Assembly (NCBI GenBank): GCA_965235115.1
Contig: OZ249436.1
Coordinates: forward strand, 44,828,001-44,892,000
Direction of reading: 5' to 3'
Length of the DNA stretch: 64,000 bases
Source: Laetmonice hystrix
Lineage: Eukaryota
Part shown: positions 39,945-53,627 of the stretch, piece after piece
Layout of the letters: each line of letters opens with the position of its first letter
Numbering within the stretch: position 1 is the stretch's first letter
Notes under the pieces: model-generated
Told to the model about the DNA's origin: nothing
The model's input: the letters and a program-made list of their open reading frames with translations, nothing else
The model's database searches: none
Position numbers and translations under genes: made by a program

Positions 39945-40890
39945 GAAAGCTCACAGAAAGCTCACAGTGTGACCTCACACTGTGAGAAGTTGTGACACCA
40001 CTGACTACATCACCATGCACGAACTCACCATACATGAACTCACAGCAACCTCATATTGTGACCTCTCAGGATGACCTCACTATGAACTCAAAGACCATGA
40101 TGTCAGTTAGCTAACGGATAGATCACAGTATGACCTCACAATGTGAGTTCCCTGTGTCATCATAGTGAGGTAGTTTTTCGTGAAGTCACATCATGATAGA
40201 ATTGTGACATCACTGTGATGCTTTGACAAATACATCACCAACAGGTCACAGAAAGCTCACGATATGACTTCAGAACTTGGTAATGGTGAGACCTCACCAT
40301 AAGCTCACAGAAAGCTCACAGTGTGACCTCACACTGTGAGAAGTTGTGACACCACTGACTACATCACCATGAACTCACAGCAACCTCATATTGTGACCTC
40401 TCAGGATGACCTCACTATGAACTCAAAGACCATGATGTCAGTTAGCTAACGGATAGATCACAGTATGACCTCACAATGTGAGTTCCCTGTGTCATCATAG
40501 TGAGGTAGTTTTTCGTGAAGTCACATCATGATAGAATTGTGACATCACTGTGATGCTTTGACAAATACATCACCAACAGGTCACAGAAAGCTCACGATAT
40601 GACTTCAGAACTTGGTAATGGTGAGAGCTCACCATAAGCTCACAGAAAGCTCACAGGGTGACCTCACACTGTGAGAAGTTGTGACACCACTGACTACATC
40701 ACCATGAACTCACAGCAACCTCATATTGTGACCTCACAGGATGATCTCACTATGAACTCAAAGACCATGATATCAGTTAGCTAACGGATAGATCACAGTA
40801 TGACCTCACAATGTGAGTTCCGTGTGTCATCATAGTGAGGTAGTTTTTCGTGAAGTCACATCATGGTAAAATTGTGACATCACTGTGATG
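39945..40890. repeat. ~335-bp tandem repeat (~2.7 copies) forming the right subterminal region of the EnSpm-like element
   Basis: GACCTCACACTGTGAGAAG starts at 39971, 40325 and 40660. Confidence 0.9.
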
Positions 40891-41056
40891 TCAGTGTTAG
40901 GTCATCTTTATGATCTCATCCTGTGACTTTCAGGTGAGCTCATTATGAGTATGGCATTAGCTCACGTCTTCACTGGGAATGATATAGACCTACATAAGAA
41001 CCAAACTAACACAAAGAACGAACCAAAGCATCTATATACTAATACGGGGGCTGCGT

Positions 41057-41576
41057 TGTCTAAGGGTTTAAACATGATTTTCAGTGTGTGGCCCCAGATC
41101 ACAGCACGAGGACCGAGACGGAACGTCGAGGTCCGAGTGCTGTGATCTGGGGCCACACACTGAAAATCATGTTTAAACCCTGTTCTACCATGACAATACC
41201 ATATCTTAGACACTATTCTATTTCATAAATAATACCTAAAATATCAGAAAAAAGGCTTACCGAGTTTATTACTTTATAAGCTCTACATTACGACCGTGTT
41301 TACAAGTGGCAGTGCATTCCGAGCACGTTATGAAAGGCGCCACCTCAGTGGTTCATATCAGTGTAATTGTGACGCTCTCACCATTGTTAGTAATTGTGTC
41401 GTCGTCATTGTGATTGTGTCGGCATAATTAAATAGATTCTGAACCAATCACGTTCTATCTTACAACCTCTGACCGTGCTGTTGGTCGCTTTTACCGTGCT
41501 GTTGGTCTCGAGACCAACAGCACGGTGTTAATCCATCGTTCTCTATAGGGAGTGCATGGCTAGGCATGGTAGAACA
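41057..41576. mobile_element. Non-autonomous element with a long hairpin and an internal/terminal inverted pair (possibly Crypton-like)
   Basis: 45-bp perfect palindrome arms within 41063-41181; TGTTCTACCATG (41181-41192) is inverted at 41565-41576. Family assignment is tentative. Confidence 0.5.
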
Positions 41577-42510
41577 TCGCTCTACCGCTTTTCCCTTTCG
41601 AAGCATTTAAACGTGAAAGTACACCAGGCATATTTACAGTATTCCCCTGTTTGTTTTGATGTGTATTAATGTTTGTTTCCTTGACGCTGTGAGACATTTT
41701 TGGCACATGTTTCAGTACAACCGCCCGAACTGTCCGCCATTGTTGTTGTTGTTGATCGGCTACGACAACTGACCTTGGCTGGAGACCTGCGCCATGGCAG
41801 TCTGGCCGCACGCCCGCACTATCTCTGGTGCTGCGGTAGAGGGCAGCAGCAGAGGGCAGGTCTCCAGCCATACCGCTTAGCCTCAGAGGCCGTCCATTAA
41901 GATCGTAGGCCTACACAAGGGACTGGAACAGGGCGTCATTTTTCCATGATCGACCCCTTTTAGCCCCCTTCGGTCCCGTGCGGCGCACGGGTTCTTGCTA
42001 GTGTATTCTATCTGTGAAGGCCTCTGCTTACAGGATGTAAAGCCAGTTTAATCCATCTTCACCACTGATACGCTCTCGCCGTCTACATTTGAGGTTATCC
42101 TTTAACATTGAACGAGTCACGGGTATCCTGTTATTTGGCAGTTTTCATCCGTGTTATCAGAAAATGAAGGTCGCTCTGTCCATTATGTAGTTATATCCCT
42201 TAGTACTGAAACGGACCGTTGCGAATCGCTGCAAAACGAACACCAAAATCCTCATCATAAAAATTTACAGGAGCGCAAAAAACGTGAGGCGTTTTCTGGA
42301 ATTCACCTCGGTATGCGAATTCTACAGTTCAATTCGGGGCCAATGCGCAATAGATCTATCTGAATGTACCAATAATGCTGATCAGCAGAGGACAAAATTA
42401 CTAATGATATACAGTAGGACACACGGTACAGTAAAGTTGAGTAAATAGGAGAGCTACCGAGGTATACGTGCAAACAAAACCCTCAAAATACAGGTGAAAA
42501 TGTTTATTAA

Positions 42511-42842
42511 AGGTGCTATTCGTGAACAAAAATTCAATTTTTTTTATTTTTAATCTTGTTGACGTTTATGTGATCCCACCTATCATGGAAATAGTTTTAC
42601 AACAAAGGAAATCAAAATTTTTCATCGATAACGGCACAAATGTGCCTGTGAGACCCTGACACGCCCCACCATAGGAAATGGCTCTATCTCGGTGCGCACC
42701 GAGATAGGTTTCAAATGCTGAACACAAACTAATAGAAGGTTTATCAGGCCAATGGTATCGGTAGGAATTTTTTCTAGTAGGCCTACTATGTGCACAATGT
42801 ATGATAGGAGAAATGCCATTCTGAGCGAGACGAATAGCACCT
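42511..42842. mobile_element. Kolobok-type MITE
   Basis: TTAA TSD; TIR AGGTGCTATTCGT / ACGAATAGCACCT. Confidence 0.82.
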
Positions 42843-44796
42843 TTAAGGTTTAAATCTGAACCAAGTATCAAAGAGTAATGGTGACTGATTGAGTGCAGTA
42901 TGACTTTAGTAAGGTGTACTTCATTTTCTGTTCGTAATGCTGCCAAAATCGATTGAACTTGTGATGTTGCTAACAACGATAGGACAGTCCTACCGATGGC
43001 ATCTTCCCTGATCAGTGATATCCCAGAATGCGCATCAGTGCGCATCTGGGCTCTAGTGTGAAAAGGGTCTTAGATTTCGTATTAAATTCCTTCCTTCGCA
43101 GATTTCTAAAGATATTTGATCTTCATGTAGGCAAGCCTGTAGGCGTATACATACTCGCTCGAAAATTTAAAGAATATTTTCTACAAATGAAAGCAGCATT
43201 AATAGCATTTCACTTCAACATCAGGTGTGATAAGTAAAGATTTGCGAGACTTCCTACATAATATTTGCCCCAAGATAGGCCTACATAATTATGTCGCGCA
43301 AGAACCCCGCTCTAAGTAAGAGCATTACAAACAAAAAGTATGCTTATACACTGTCAACAGCATGAGATTAGGTTCTCCGTACTCTTTCCTATTATACATA
43401 GTTTCAGGTAGTTGAGCCCCTCTGCTTGAAGTTTGCCGCTGTCACTGACGGAAAAGGAAACGGAAGCAGACTTCAGCCTTCCGGATGCCTGACCGCCTAT
43501 ATCATCAACAAGATGATCAAGATTAGGTAATGAGAGGGCGTACACCTCACATGCTAATGAGACCTCAGCACAGTGTCAGTCACCGGACTATCCACCCTTC
43601 AGTCACTGACAGTCTGGGACCAAGGGAGCGCGCTACTCGCAACAGGACTGCTTATAAAATTTCCCTGCCAAGTTGAGTGAATATGTTGGAGGGAAAGCGC
43701 GAGGCGGAACCGAGGCAAGGCCAACGGATGCAATATCCACGACGTCAGAGTGCAGGAGATAAATGTTACATTAGGACCCCATAAAAGTTATTTTATTGGA
43801 GCATAACATCTTTGAGCAGCACCAGCGTGTGCTAAATAATCTTCAAGCAATGGTGCGATGTTAAAAGATTGTTAAAACCTCGTTAAAACGGCGTTAAAAA
43901 AACGATAGGAACCTGAGCAGTTTGTGTGCCTTCCACGCTCTCCAAGCAGATAGACCTTTTAACACTCGCGGGGCAAAGTTCACTTGCCTTGAGTTTGCCC
44001 CAAGCAGTGATTAACAGACTTAAATTAATTAATGCCTGTTTTAAGATCTCCGCACGAGAAATTACATTGCAAGATAACCGGAGATTGATTTCCGTTTCCG
44101 GTCGTCATCTGGCCGCTAATGTATTGAAAAAAAAAACACTCTGTGCTAGGCCGCATAAGGTCCTCTGCTCGGGGAAGGTACGTTTGAGATTTGACATTTG
44201 ATATCCTGTAAGTGCCTACTATAGGACCTCTGTCCTCCCAAGTTGGGCCGTGTCAACTTGTTTGAAACGTGGTCTTGTATTTCAGCCTGCATAAGTCCCA
44301 ATGTTAAATTTCAAGAAACATAATTTTTAAGGCTTTTTCCAATCAATGGAAGTCGAATACAGGCCTACTCACACATTTCAATGAACCTTATCGGCAAATA
44401 AGGCCACGTTATCACAGATGCTGCTACATAGTCTGTGATCCCACGCCGAACTTCTGAGAGCAGACCTTCCCATAATGCCTCGGATTGTGTATCAGGTGTC
44501 CTTTCTCCTACCTGCGTGAGCCCGCTGTATAACTTCCCGTTCCACTTCTGTTCAAATCTCTTGCATTTGGAGTGGGGATTTTAAAGGAAAAGACCCACGA
44601 CATAGAGAATGAATGTCATACACCTACCTCAACAGAGACACATGATTTCTTTGTTATCAACAATACAACTGCCGTGCGTTCAGTGTAATGTTTCCTAACG
44701 TAAGGTAACGTTTTGTGACGTTACGTGCTACGGAAATGTCTGAAATTACCTCACAATAATAATTAAGGCATGTTGAATCGGTTTAATTAACCGCAA

Positions 44797-45165
44797 TTTC
44801 TCATTCAGAATGACAATTATTACTTCTCTGTTTGTCACTCACCTTGATGAAATACTTAAGTTTGATATTTTTCTCATTCAGAATGACAATTATTACTTCT
44901 CTGTTTGTCACTCACCTTGATGAAATACTTAAGTTTGATATTTTTCTCATTCAGAATGACAATTATTACTTCTCTGTTTGTCACTCACCTTGATGAAATA
45001 CTTAAGTTTGATATTTTTCTCATTCAGAATGACAATTATTACTTCTCTGTTTGTCACTCACCTTGATGAAATACTTAAGTTTGATATTTTTCTCATTCAG
45101 AATGACAATTATTACTTCTCTGTTTGTCACTCACCTTGATGAAATACTTAAGTTCGATATTTTTT
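44797..45165. repeat. 73-bp tandem repeat, 5 copies
   Basis: Unit TTCTCATTCAGAATGACAATTATTACTTCTCTGTTTGTCACTCACCTTGATGAAATACTTAAGTTTGATATTT. Confidence 0.95.
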
Positions 45166-47590
45166 CACCAAATGTCTCTTCAGATTTTTAAAGACCTTCC
45201 TTCTCTCGTGATCTATTAATATTGATATTAGAAAACAATAGAAAAAGGACAAAAAATATTAATTACCCAGTCTTTTTGTTTACTTGGGTAATAACCACGT
45301 TTCTGAAGGGCATGGCTGTCCACAAGAAGAACCACAAAGTTTGTGTTTTCTACAAGAAATGAATTGGAAATTCTACGCGTGTTTAAACTAGAAGAACACC
45401 CCCAGTGGGGTAAAGTATGAAGTGAGCGAAGAATGGTGATGTAACACTGGTTTATTTTTAGCAAACGGACGTACACCGGCAAACTTCAGTGATTGACTTA
45501 AGCCGCTTTCACATGCATACGGTGTGCGGCGTGCGGCGGGCGGCATGCGGCGTGCGGCATGCGGCGTGCGTTTTTGTTAATAATGTAGCAAATGTAAATC
45601 GCCGCACACCGCAAACCGGGGGCAACGGTATCGTCTGAGGGACACAGTTTGTTGTTGGGGAGGGAGGGGGGAGATCAACATGCCCGCGGGTGGGAATAGA
45701 CGTATGTCGTATAAGCCAGTTACCATGTGTTATATAACAAACCATACCCATTTCATTCAAATACACATGACACCTGTCAGTGCATGTGCCGTTAGTGCCG
45801 TGGCATGAAAGACAATGTGTGCAATGACATTTAAATCACCTCGCCGCCGCACACTAAATCAAAGCGCGCTCATCTGCTGAAAATGAAGCGCTAACGCGAG
45901 CTTGGTGACGGAGGTTTTGGCTATTTAATATCGTTAATAGAAGTGAAAGTAAAATGCCGGAACGTTAGAACATCTCCGAAACTCTCACGACAAATCGCTT
46001 CTTAAAGGTAATCCGCCATCCTGTCGTAGACTCGGATAGACTGGTGCAGTGAAATAGACGCCAAGGACGCCCTTAGCAGGGCTTATATTGTACACGTTCA
46101 TTGGGGGCGAAAACATGAGTTAACGGTTATATAAATGTTTGAAGAGTTGGTTAATGTACATGCCCCGTCCACTGACTGCCGCGTGATTACTTCAGGCACG
46201 GTCTCTGAAAAAAAACGTTTATAACGGCAAAATTACTTCCGACATTACCGTCTTCTGGCGTTAGCGTTTCCATATTAAACTGAAGTCCCAAGGTGCTAAG
46301 GTTTTTGACGAGTGAGAAGAAATTCTATCATGTAATTCCACTCTCGTATCTTTTTATTCTGGTGAATCTTCATGGTAATGATTCTCCTGTGTCTTTCCAG
46401 GCAGTTGAAATTAACGTTTTTCGTCATCCTTAAATTGGCAGGAAACCCTTTATTCGGCATACTACAAAACAGAAGTTTAAAAATCAGTTTAGAGAAACTG
46501 AACATAATCTTCTGCGTCAGACAATGTGCCATTGACGCCAAAGTTTCTTTCCAGCAGTTTTCAACAATGGCTGAACTTTTAACACTGCCATGTTTCCTCC
46601 GTGGATATGACAAATACAGGAGGACAAACAGCTGTAAATGTACACACAGTCACGAACTCACGAAACGGAAAACACGTTCTGGCGTGCTATCTTCCTTGAG
46701 CAATCGACAAAAGAACTGTCCCATGGGCAGACCTGTTGTTAGGGGCGACCCGTCACTGGGCTCGAGAACTTCCTCCAGATCTCAGCAGCTCCTTATTGGA
46801 ACCCATCAATAATCCACTTCCCTGCTTACAAATAAAAAAAATGAAAGTCTCTTTAAACAGGAAACGGACCCGACCCAGTAACCGATGGTCTTTGCGACAT
46901 CTCCAAGACTTAAATATAACCGTTTTATTCACTAGATTGATCCCATTAAAAGGACTGACCCTATTACCAGGAACAGGAACAGTTTATACAGAGACTTCGA
47001 TATGATCTGCTCTTTGAGACTCAAGTTCTCATTTAAAACCTCAAATATTTTGATGTCAGTGCACTAAGAGACAAATGGAACCTTTTAAGGAGAATCACAG
47101 ACATAAGAAAACCATCTAAAAGAAGAAAATTGTCCAGTAAAAGAATGTCAAAGGTCTGACAGTTTCCAAAAATAATTATACTTATAGAACTGAATACTAA
47201 AGCGAAGTAGATAAGTCGATCCGGTAAAAAACGGTAGATAAAAGTCAGTCAAGGAGACAAACATGCTTTAACACAGAGCGGGAACGAACTGAACCTTGAG
47301 ATGGTGAGGGAAACCTGCCACCTGCTCCTTGAAAAAAGTGCGGACTGTTCAGACTAGATATAGCCAACCCGCGGATTATGTGTAGTGGTGATCTGCGGAA
47401 ATGTCAAGCTGATCTTCTAATACAAATTTTAAATCTGTGTACATATCTAGCTGGTTTTAGCGGAGAAGTCTTCCCCCGCAATTTGGACACACCAATAGCC
47501 TGAACAGCACTCAATTTGGACACACCTAGCCTGAACAGCACTCAATTTGGACACACCTAGCCTGAACAGCAATCTAAAAATCTCATTCCG

Positions 47591-48509
47591 ATCTCTGCCA
47601 CACCGGTCATCACTCCAAAAACCTCAATCCCACCTCTGCCACACCGTTCATCACTCCAAAAATCTCAATCCTATCTCTGCCACACCGTTCATCACTCCAA
47701 AAACCTCAATCCCATCTCTGCCACACCGGTCATCACTCCAAAAACCTCAATCCCATCTCTGCCACACCGGTCATCACTCCAAAAACCTCAATCCCACCTC
47801 TGCCACACCGGTCATCACTCCAAAAACCTCAATCCCATCTCTGCCACACCGGTCATCACTCCAAAAATCTCAATCCCATCTCTGCCACACCGTTCATCAC
47901 TCCAAAAACCTTAATCCCATCTCTGCCACCCCGTTCATCACTCCAAAAACCTCAATCCCATCTCTGTCACACCGTTCATCACCAAAAACCTCAATCCCAT
48001 CTCTGCCACACCGGTCATCACTCCAAAAACCTCAATCCCATCTCTGCCACACCGTTCATCACTCCAAAAACCTCAATCCCATCTCTGCCACACCGTTCAT
48101 CACTCCAAAAACCTCAATCCCATCTCTGCCACACCGGTCATCACTCCAAAAACCTCAATCCCATCTCTGCCACACCGGTCATCACTCCAAAAACCTCAAT
48201 CCCACCTCTGCCACACCGGTCATCACTCCAAAAACCTCAATCCCATCTCTGCCACACCGGTCATCACTCCAAAAATCTCAATCCCATCTCTGCCACACCG
48301 TTCATCACTCCAAAAACCTTAATCCCATCTCTGCCACCCCGTTCATCACTCCAAAAACCTCAATCCCATCTCTGCCACACCGTTCATCACTCCAAAAATC
48401 TCAATCCCATCTCTGCCACACCGTTCATCACTCCAAAAACCTCAATCCCATCTCCGCCACTCCGTTCATCACCAAAAACCTCAATCCCATCTCTGCCACA
48501 CCGTTCATC
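47591..48509. repeat. 41-bp minisatellite, ~22 copies
   Basis: Unit ATCTCTGCCACACCG(G/T)TCATCACTCCAAAAACCTCAATCCC; preceded by a short 3-copy repeat at ~47480-47570. Confidence 0.96.
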
Positions 48510-49880
48510 CGAATCCGACCCGGAACCACTTCCAACGAAAGGAGATGTGAATTCACGTTCTCCAATCAAGAACATATCTGGAGCCATTATTTTAACACAG
48601 CGGGGTGCGTTCTAAATATGATAATATTCTATTCTGAGGAGAAGCGTTCAACGAAAACGGTTGCAATTCAAGTTAAGAAAACTCAAAATCCCCCCCCCCC
48701 CCCGAAAAAGGTGGCAGTGATGTTACGCTGATCGTGATAGGCAGAGCCTCGTTTTAAATTTCTTGTACTTACTATCTCCAATAGGTGGCGTTAGTATCGC
48801 CTCGATTATTAGACTGGTCCCCTGCTCTCTTGACTATGCATAATGAGACTAATCGAACGGAGCGCTCTCATTGGTCAATTTGACGGGAGTCCAAGATGGC
48901 CGCGCCCATTGAAAACATGGTAATTCCGTATCCTAAGTATTTCTCCAACAAGATACAGCTATTTTCGTTAATCCTTTTGCAATACAAGTGTTAAATGCTC
49001 TCTGAGTGTATACATAGTGTCATCGGTCCCTACGCCAGACTACGGTCTGCATCACGCATGGCCCACCTTCAACAGAGATCCTTAACGCAACGGAAGCGGA
49101 AGTCCTCTGCTTCGAGATTGATCAACTTCCTTCCGCTTGTCGGATTTCTCGCAAGTGAAATTACCCATCACCTCTCCTAACATACGATAGGGGGGCGCTA
49201 GTATCGCCACGACCATGAAGACAACTACTAAATGTAAAAATTCTTTTCCGTAGTGAGCCGCAACTCAAAACCATTCCAGTAGATAGCTGTCCTTGAGATG
49301 ACCACTCACTGATCAGTCTCTCAGACATGACCAGCACATCTTTCTTGGAATCCGGACATTGATTCACATACAGGCGTTCGTGAACATGGCGAACCAAGGA
49401 GGAGCATGTTACACATCTGACTAGGGACAATCACACTGATTGTCTTGAAGCGTTTCCTGCCACCTGTTTCAACCACAGCCAGTTGTATGTATATATACAC
49501 GTGTTCTGTCAGTGCCTCTAGTGTTTACACAGCTGTGAAGAAACCAGATTCTTGTTCTGTGATCTTGCGATGATGAGATGAAACTATTCTTGATAATAGG
49601 AATCCCAGGATCTATTGATTTCAGTTATCCGCTGGGAAGATAGCAGAGTTCAGGGGTTAAGAGGGCCTGGGTCATGGTGAAAGTATAATGTTATCTTGAC
49701 CTAACACCTGCAAGCGGAACATATTGTCAATATATGTTATTTGATAGACCAAACAGCAGAATCCTTAAGAACCACCAAAATTTGTTCTCCCGGTCCATGG
49801 ATTATGATGAGAAAAACAGGAAGGGGAGACAGGCATATTAATTCAGGGCCGGAAGTCGGGAACTTTTGAGCCACGACGCT

Positions 49881-50165
49881 AATGGTTATAATGTGCAATA
49901 ACTCAAACCTAATCTGAATGGTTATAATGTGCAATAGCTCTTACCTAATCTGAATGGTTATAATGTGCAATAACTCAAACCTAATCTGAATGGTTATAAT
50001 GTGCAATAGCTCATACCTAATCTGAATGGTTATAATGTGCAATAGCTCATACCTAATCTGAATGGTTATAATGTGCAATAGCTCAAACCTAATCTGAATG
50101 GTTATAATGTGCAATAGCTCATACCTAATCTGAATGGTTATAATGTGCAATAGCTCAAACCTAAT
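49881..50165. repeat. 36-bp minisatellite, ~8 copies
   Basis: Unit CTAATCTGAATGGTTATAATGTGCAATAGCTCA(A/T)AC. Confidence 0.94.
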
Positions 50166-52700
50166 GTGAAAAGGTTCCTCAGTCAGATATAAAACGGCTC
50201 GGTTGATGAACTTAACAGTTGCAAAGAAACGGCAAACATTTTTTCCTACTTCAGACAAGTACGCTGTTCCAACAAAATGAACTCGGAAAGAAAAAAAAAC
50301 AGTTGTTTGATTGGTCTATTTGTTCCCGAGAGTTAGTAGGAGACTTCGTCCTGAAACGGTGTGGAAGCGACGTTTACTGAATACCTTGTATCCGTGCGAC
50401 TTTGGCAAGGAAGGTTCCACTATTAACCTTGAATTGTAAGCCCAGAAATATAGGCTGATTGTGGGATGGAACGATAGCATCTTTACGACGAGGACACATT
50501 GCGGAAGATTACCGTGTCACCCCAGGACAGAGAGGAAAACATTAGCCATATTGACAAGAGATGATATTGTCGCGGTAAAGGAGACCTGCCCTGGAGGAGG
50601 AGCAGCAGCAGCAGCAGGAGACTCGACCGCTATTTACAATGCGCGCCATTTCACTGTCTCGCCAGTGCTAATACGACCGTTAATAGAAGCGGCAGAGAAA
50701 AAAAACCTCACAGACAAAAAATAACTTTTTTTTCTCTAGAAAGACATACCAGTGACAATAGGGTGGGAGATAGCACTTTGTGTCAGTCAGCCCATCCGTT
50801 CATTCCTCATCCCTAATTGGTAGAATTCATATGAGATGGTCCCACAGTAAAAGTGTTTTTTTTCCGGTTCGGTCTTTGTATTGCGCAGTACGATTCCTAT
50901 TTTGGGACCAATTTTAACAACCAAGAAGTATGATTATACAGTTTTTTTTATTTAAAAAAAAAATTCCCATTCATTTATTTCATCTTGTACAACAGCTCGG
51001 CCATGCAGCCGTTCTTCCGCGCGTCCAGAAGAGTAACACAAAACGCATAATTTCTTAATGCTAGAAAAAAACATCCATAGGATGAAATTACGGATGAGGG
51101 GGAGAGGAGTGAAAGATGAGCAGTACAACAGTCACTTTATGATTAACCACTGGCATAGTTTAAAAAAAAATCCCTCCTCTTTCAGGCTAGGTGAAGAAGG
51201 CTTTGTTTGGCTCTAAGTTTTCTTTGGTATTTGAATTGCTCATAAGTTTCACGAAGTTTGAGTCCGTGTGGTATATTACTCCAGAGCATTGATAGTGTGG
51301 CAGTCAACTGCATTGTATGCACATTGATAAAGTTGTAAAAATTCTTACACGACCACCTTATGCATTTAAGAAGCCCCAAACTTAACTGGAATAGGCGACA
51401 GTTTGGTCACAAAAACCACGACAGAAGCCAACTGAATTGTAAAGTTCGCTTTAATTAGTAGGATGCTGTAAAGTGAGATCTCATTTTAACCTTTTTAATC
51501 ATTGCAAGAATAAAGCCAGAGAAAGGTTTTAAAGCCAAATTCAAAACTGTTAGGTACACAAAATGTAAGTCTGTACGGCCAAAGAAATATTGGCCTCATT
51601 CGGCGGTCTCTCTGAGATCGCGGTGTTCTGACCATAGTCCTTATTCTGGTAATATATGCATGTGAATAGGCCTAAAAGACCACATCACTGCATAGATTCA
51701 TACGCGCCTGCATGACGTCACGGATATCGGCTTGAGAATCTCCCTGACCGGTCAATGAACATATTCCCGATGAAATCGGCGAAGGTCATTACCCGCGGAC
51801 GAATTGGTTGGACCTTGGAGGCCAGACCCATGTCCCTAAAATTAAACGTTACCTCGTCCTGACCTTGTCGGTGCTCTGACATGCTCAACTTCTCTACCTC
51901 GATCTACAAAGTACCCCCACGGGAACAAGGCTCCATTAGAACCTCCGGTCTTAACCGCCGGAAACGACGACGCCGAGCAAGGAGATAAAGGAAGGTCAGG
52001 GAGGTCAGGTGACTTCTAACCTTACAGGGACTGGTCCTCGGCCGGCCGATTTGGGCATTTCACCGTTATGATTGGCCGTCAAATCAAAAATCACGAGTAC
52101 TTGATTTTATATTCTAGTATTCGAATATATTTATCTCTACATTAACATATATGCCTACTTTAAATCAGCCAATCCGTGGCGGGGGTAGATGTGATAACAG
52201 GGTACCTTTAAAGATACATCAAGGCATTCTAATTGATTTTTGTCCACCACGGCGAACCATACCAAAATCAGCCGGGTGGTCGGGCCAGTGAACCCATCCC
52301 TGCATGCACCCTAGACGCCAACTCACCCCGCAACAACAGCTCCATGGAATATCTGCAATGTCAATTGGTGGTCCATGTATGATTACGAGTGTCGTCACCC
52401 GATTTTCCTTGGTTTGTCCCGAACATATAGACATGAACGGTGCGCAAATGTCCGCCTGACGGAGCTAACAATGGCTTTGACGTCAGTCCAGATAAAATCA
52501 TTCTGGCGCTGGTCGATTTGAACACACTGACTAAGAGGACATTAGCAAACAGAAGCCACCCGCCATGTGTTCTGGACACTTGGCCTGACCCATCAGTCCA
52601 TTTTATACCACAGAGAGCGGGGGGCTGAGGCTGGGCACCCCATTGCCTCGAATAAGCAGCTTCTGTTGTCATTGTGGATAAAATACATTTTCCCCTACGT

Positions 52701-53627
52701 TTTCTGCCAGAGATAATTGTTCCATGGGTCATGGTACACTTTCTGCCAGAGATAATTGTTCCATGGATCATTGTACACTTTCTGCCAGAGATAATTGTTC
52801 CATGGGTCATGGTACACTTTCTGCCAGAGATAATTGTTCCATGGGTGATTGTACACTTTCAGCCAGAGATAATTGCTCCATGGGTCATGGTACACTTTCT
52901 GCCAGAGATAATTGTTCCATGGGTCATTGTACACTTTCTGCCAGAGATAATTGTTCCATGGGTCATTGTACACTTTCAGCCAGAGATAATTGTTCCCTGG
53001 GTGATTGTACACTTTCAGCCAGAGATAATTGTTCCATGGGTCATTGTACACTTTCTGCCAGAGATAATTGTTCAATGGGTCATGGTACACTTTCTGCCAG
53101 AGATAATTGTTCCATGGGTCATGGTACACTTTCTGCCAGAGATAATTGTTCCACGGGTCATGGTTTCTGCCAGAGATAATTGTTCCACGGGTCATGGTTT
53201 CTGCCAGAGATAATTGTTCCATGGTTCATTGTACACTTTCTGCCAGAGATAATTGCTCCATGGGTCATGGTACACTTTCTGCCAGAGATAATTGTTCCAT
53301 GGGTCATGGTACACTTTCTGCCAGATATAATTGTTCCATGGGTCATGGTACACTTTCTGCCAGAGATAATTGTTCCATGGTTCATTGTACGCTTTCTGCC
53401 AGAGATAATTGTTCCATGGGTCATGGTACACTTTCTGCCAGAGATAATTGTTCCATGGTTCATTGTACGCTTTCTGCCATAGATAATTGTTCCATGGTTC
53501 ATTGTACACTTTCTGCCAGAGATAATTGTTCCATGGGTCATGGTACACTTTCAGCCAGAGATAATTGTTCCATGGGTCATTGTACACTTTCTGCTAGAGA
53601 TAATTGCACCATGGATGATTGTACACA
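52701..53627. repeat. 39-bp minisatellite, ~24 copies
   Basis: Unit TTCTGCCAGAGATAATTGTTCCATGGGTCAT(G/T)GTACACT. Confidence 0.96.

Larger units (their letters stand above)
34633..40977. mobile_element. Non-autonomous EnSpm/CACTA (CMC)-like element, 6.3 kb
   Basis: TIR CCCAGTGAAGA / TCTTCACTGGG, 2-bp TSD AA, and long subterminal arrays of CTCAC/GTGAG motifs at both ends (~177-bp unit left, ~335-bp unit right). No transposase ORF seen. Confidence 0.78.

Noticed and set aside
47547..48731. 394-aa ORF
   Set aside because: It is the 41-bp repeat read through all three frames (41-aa period), has no ATG start and no domain; repeat artefact.
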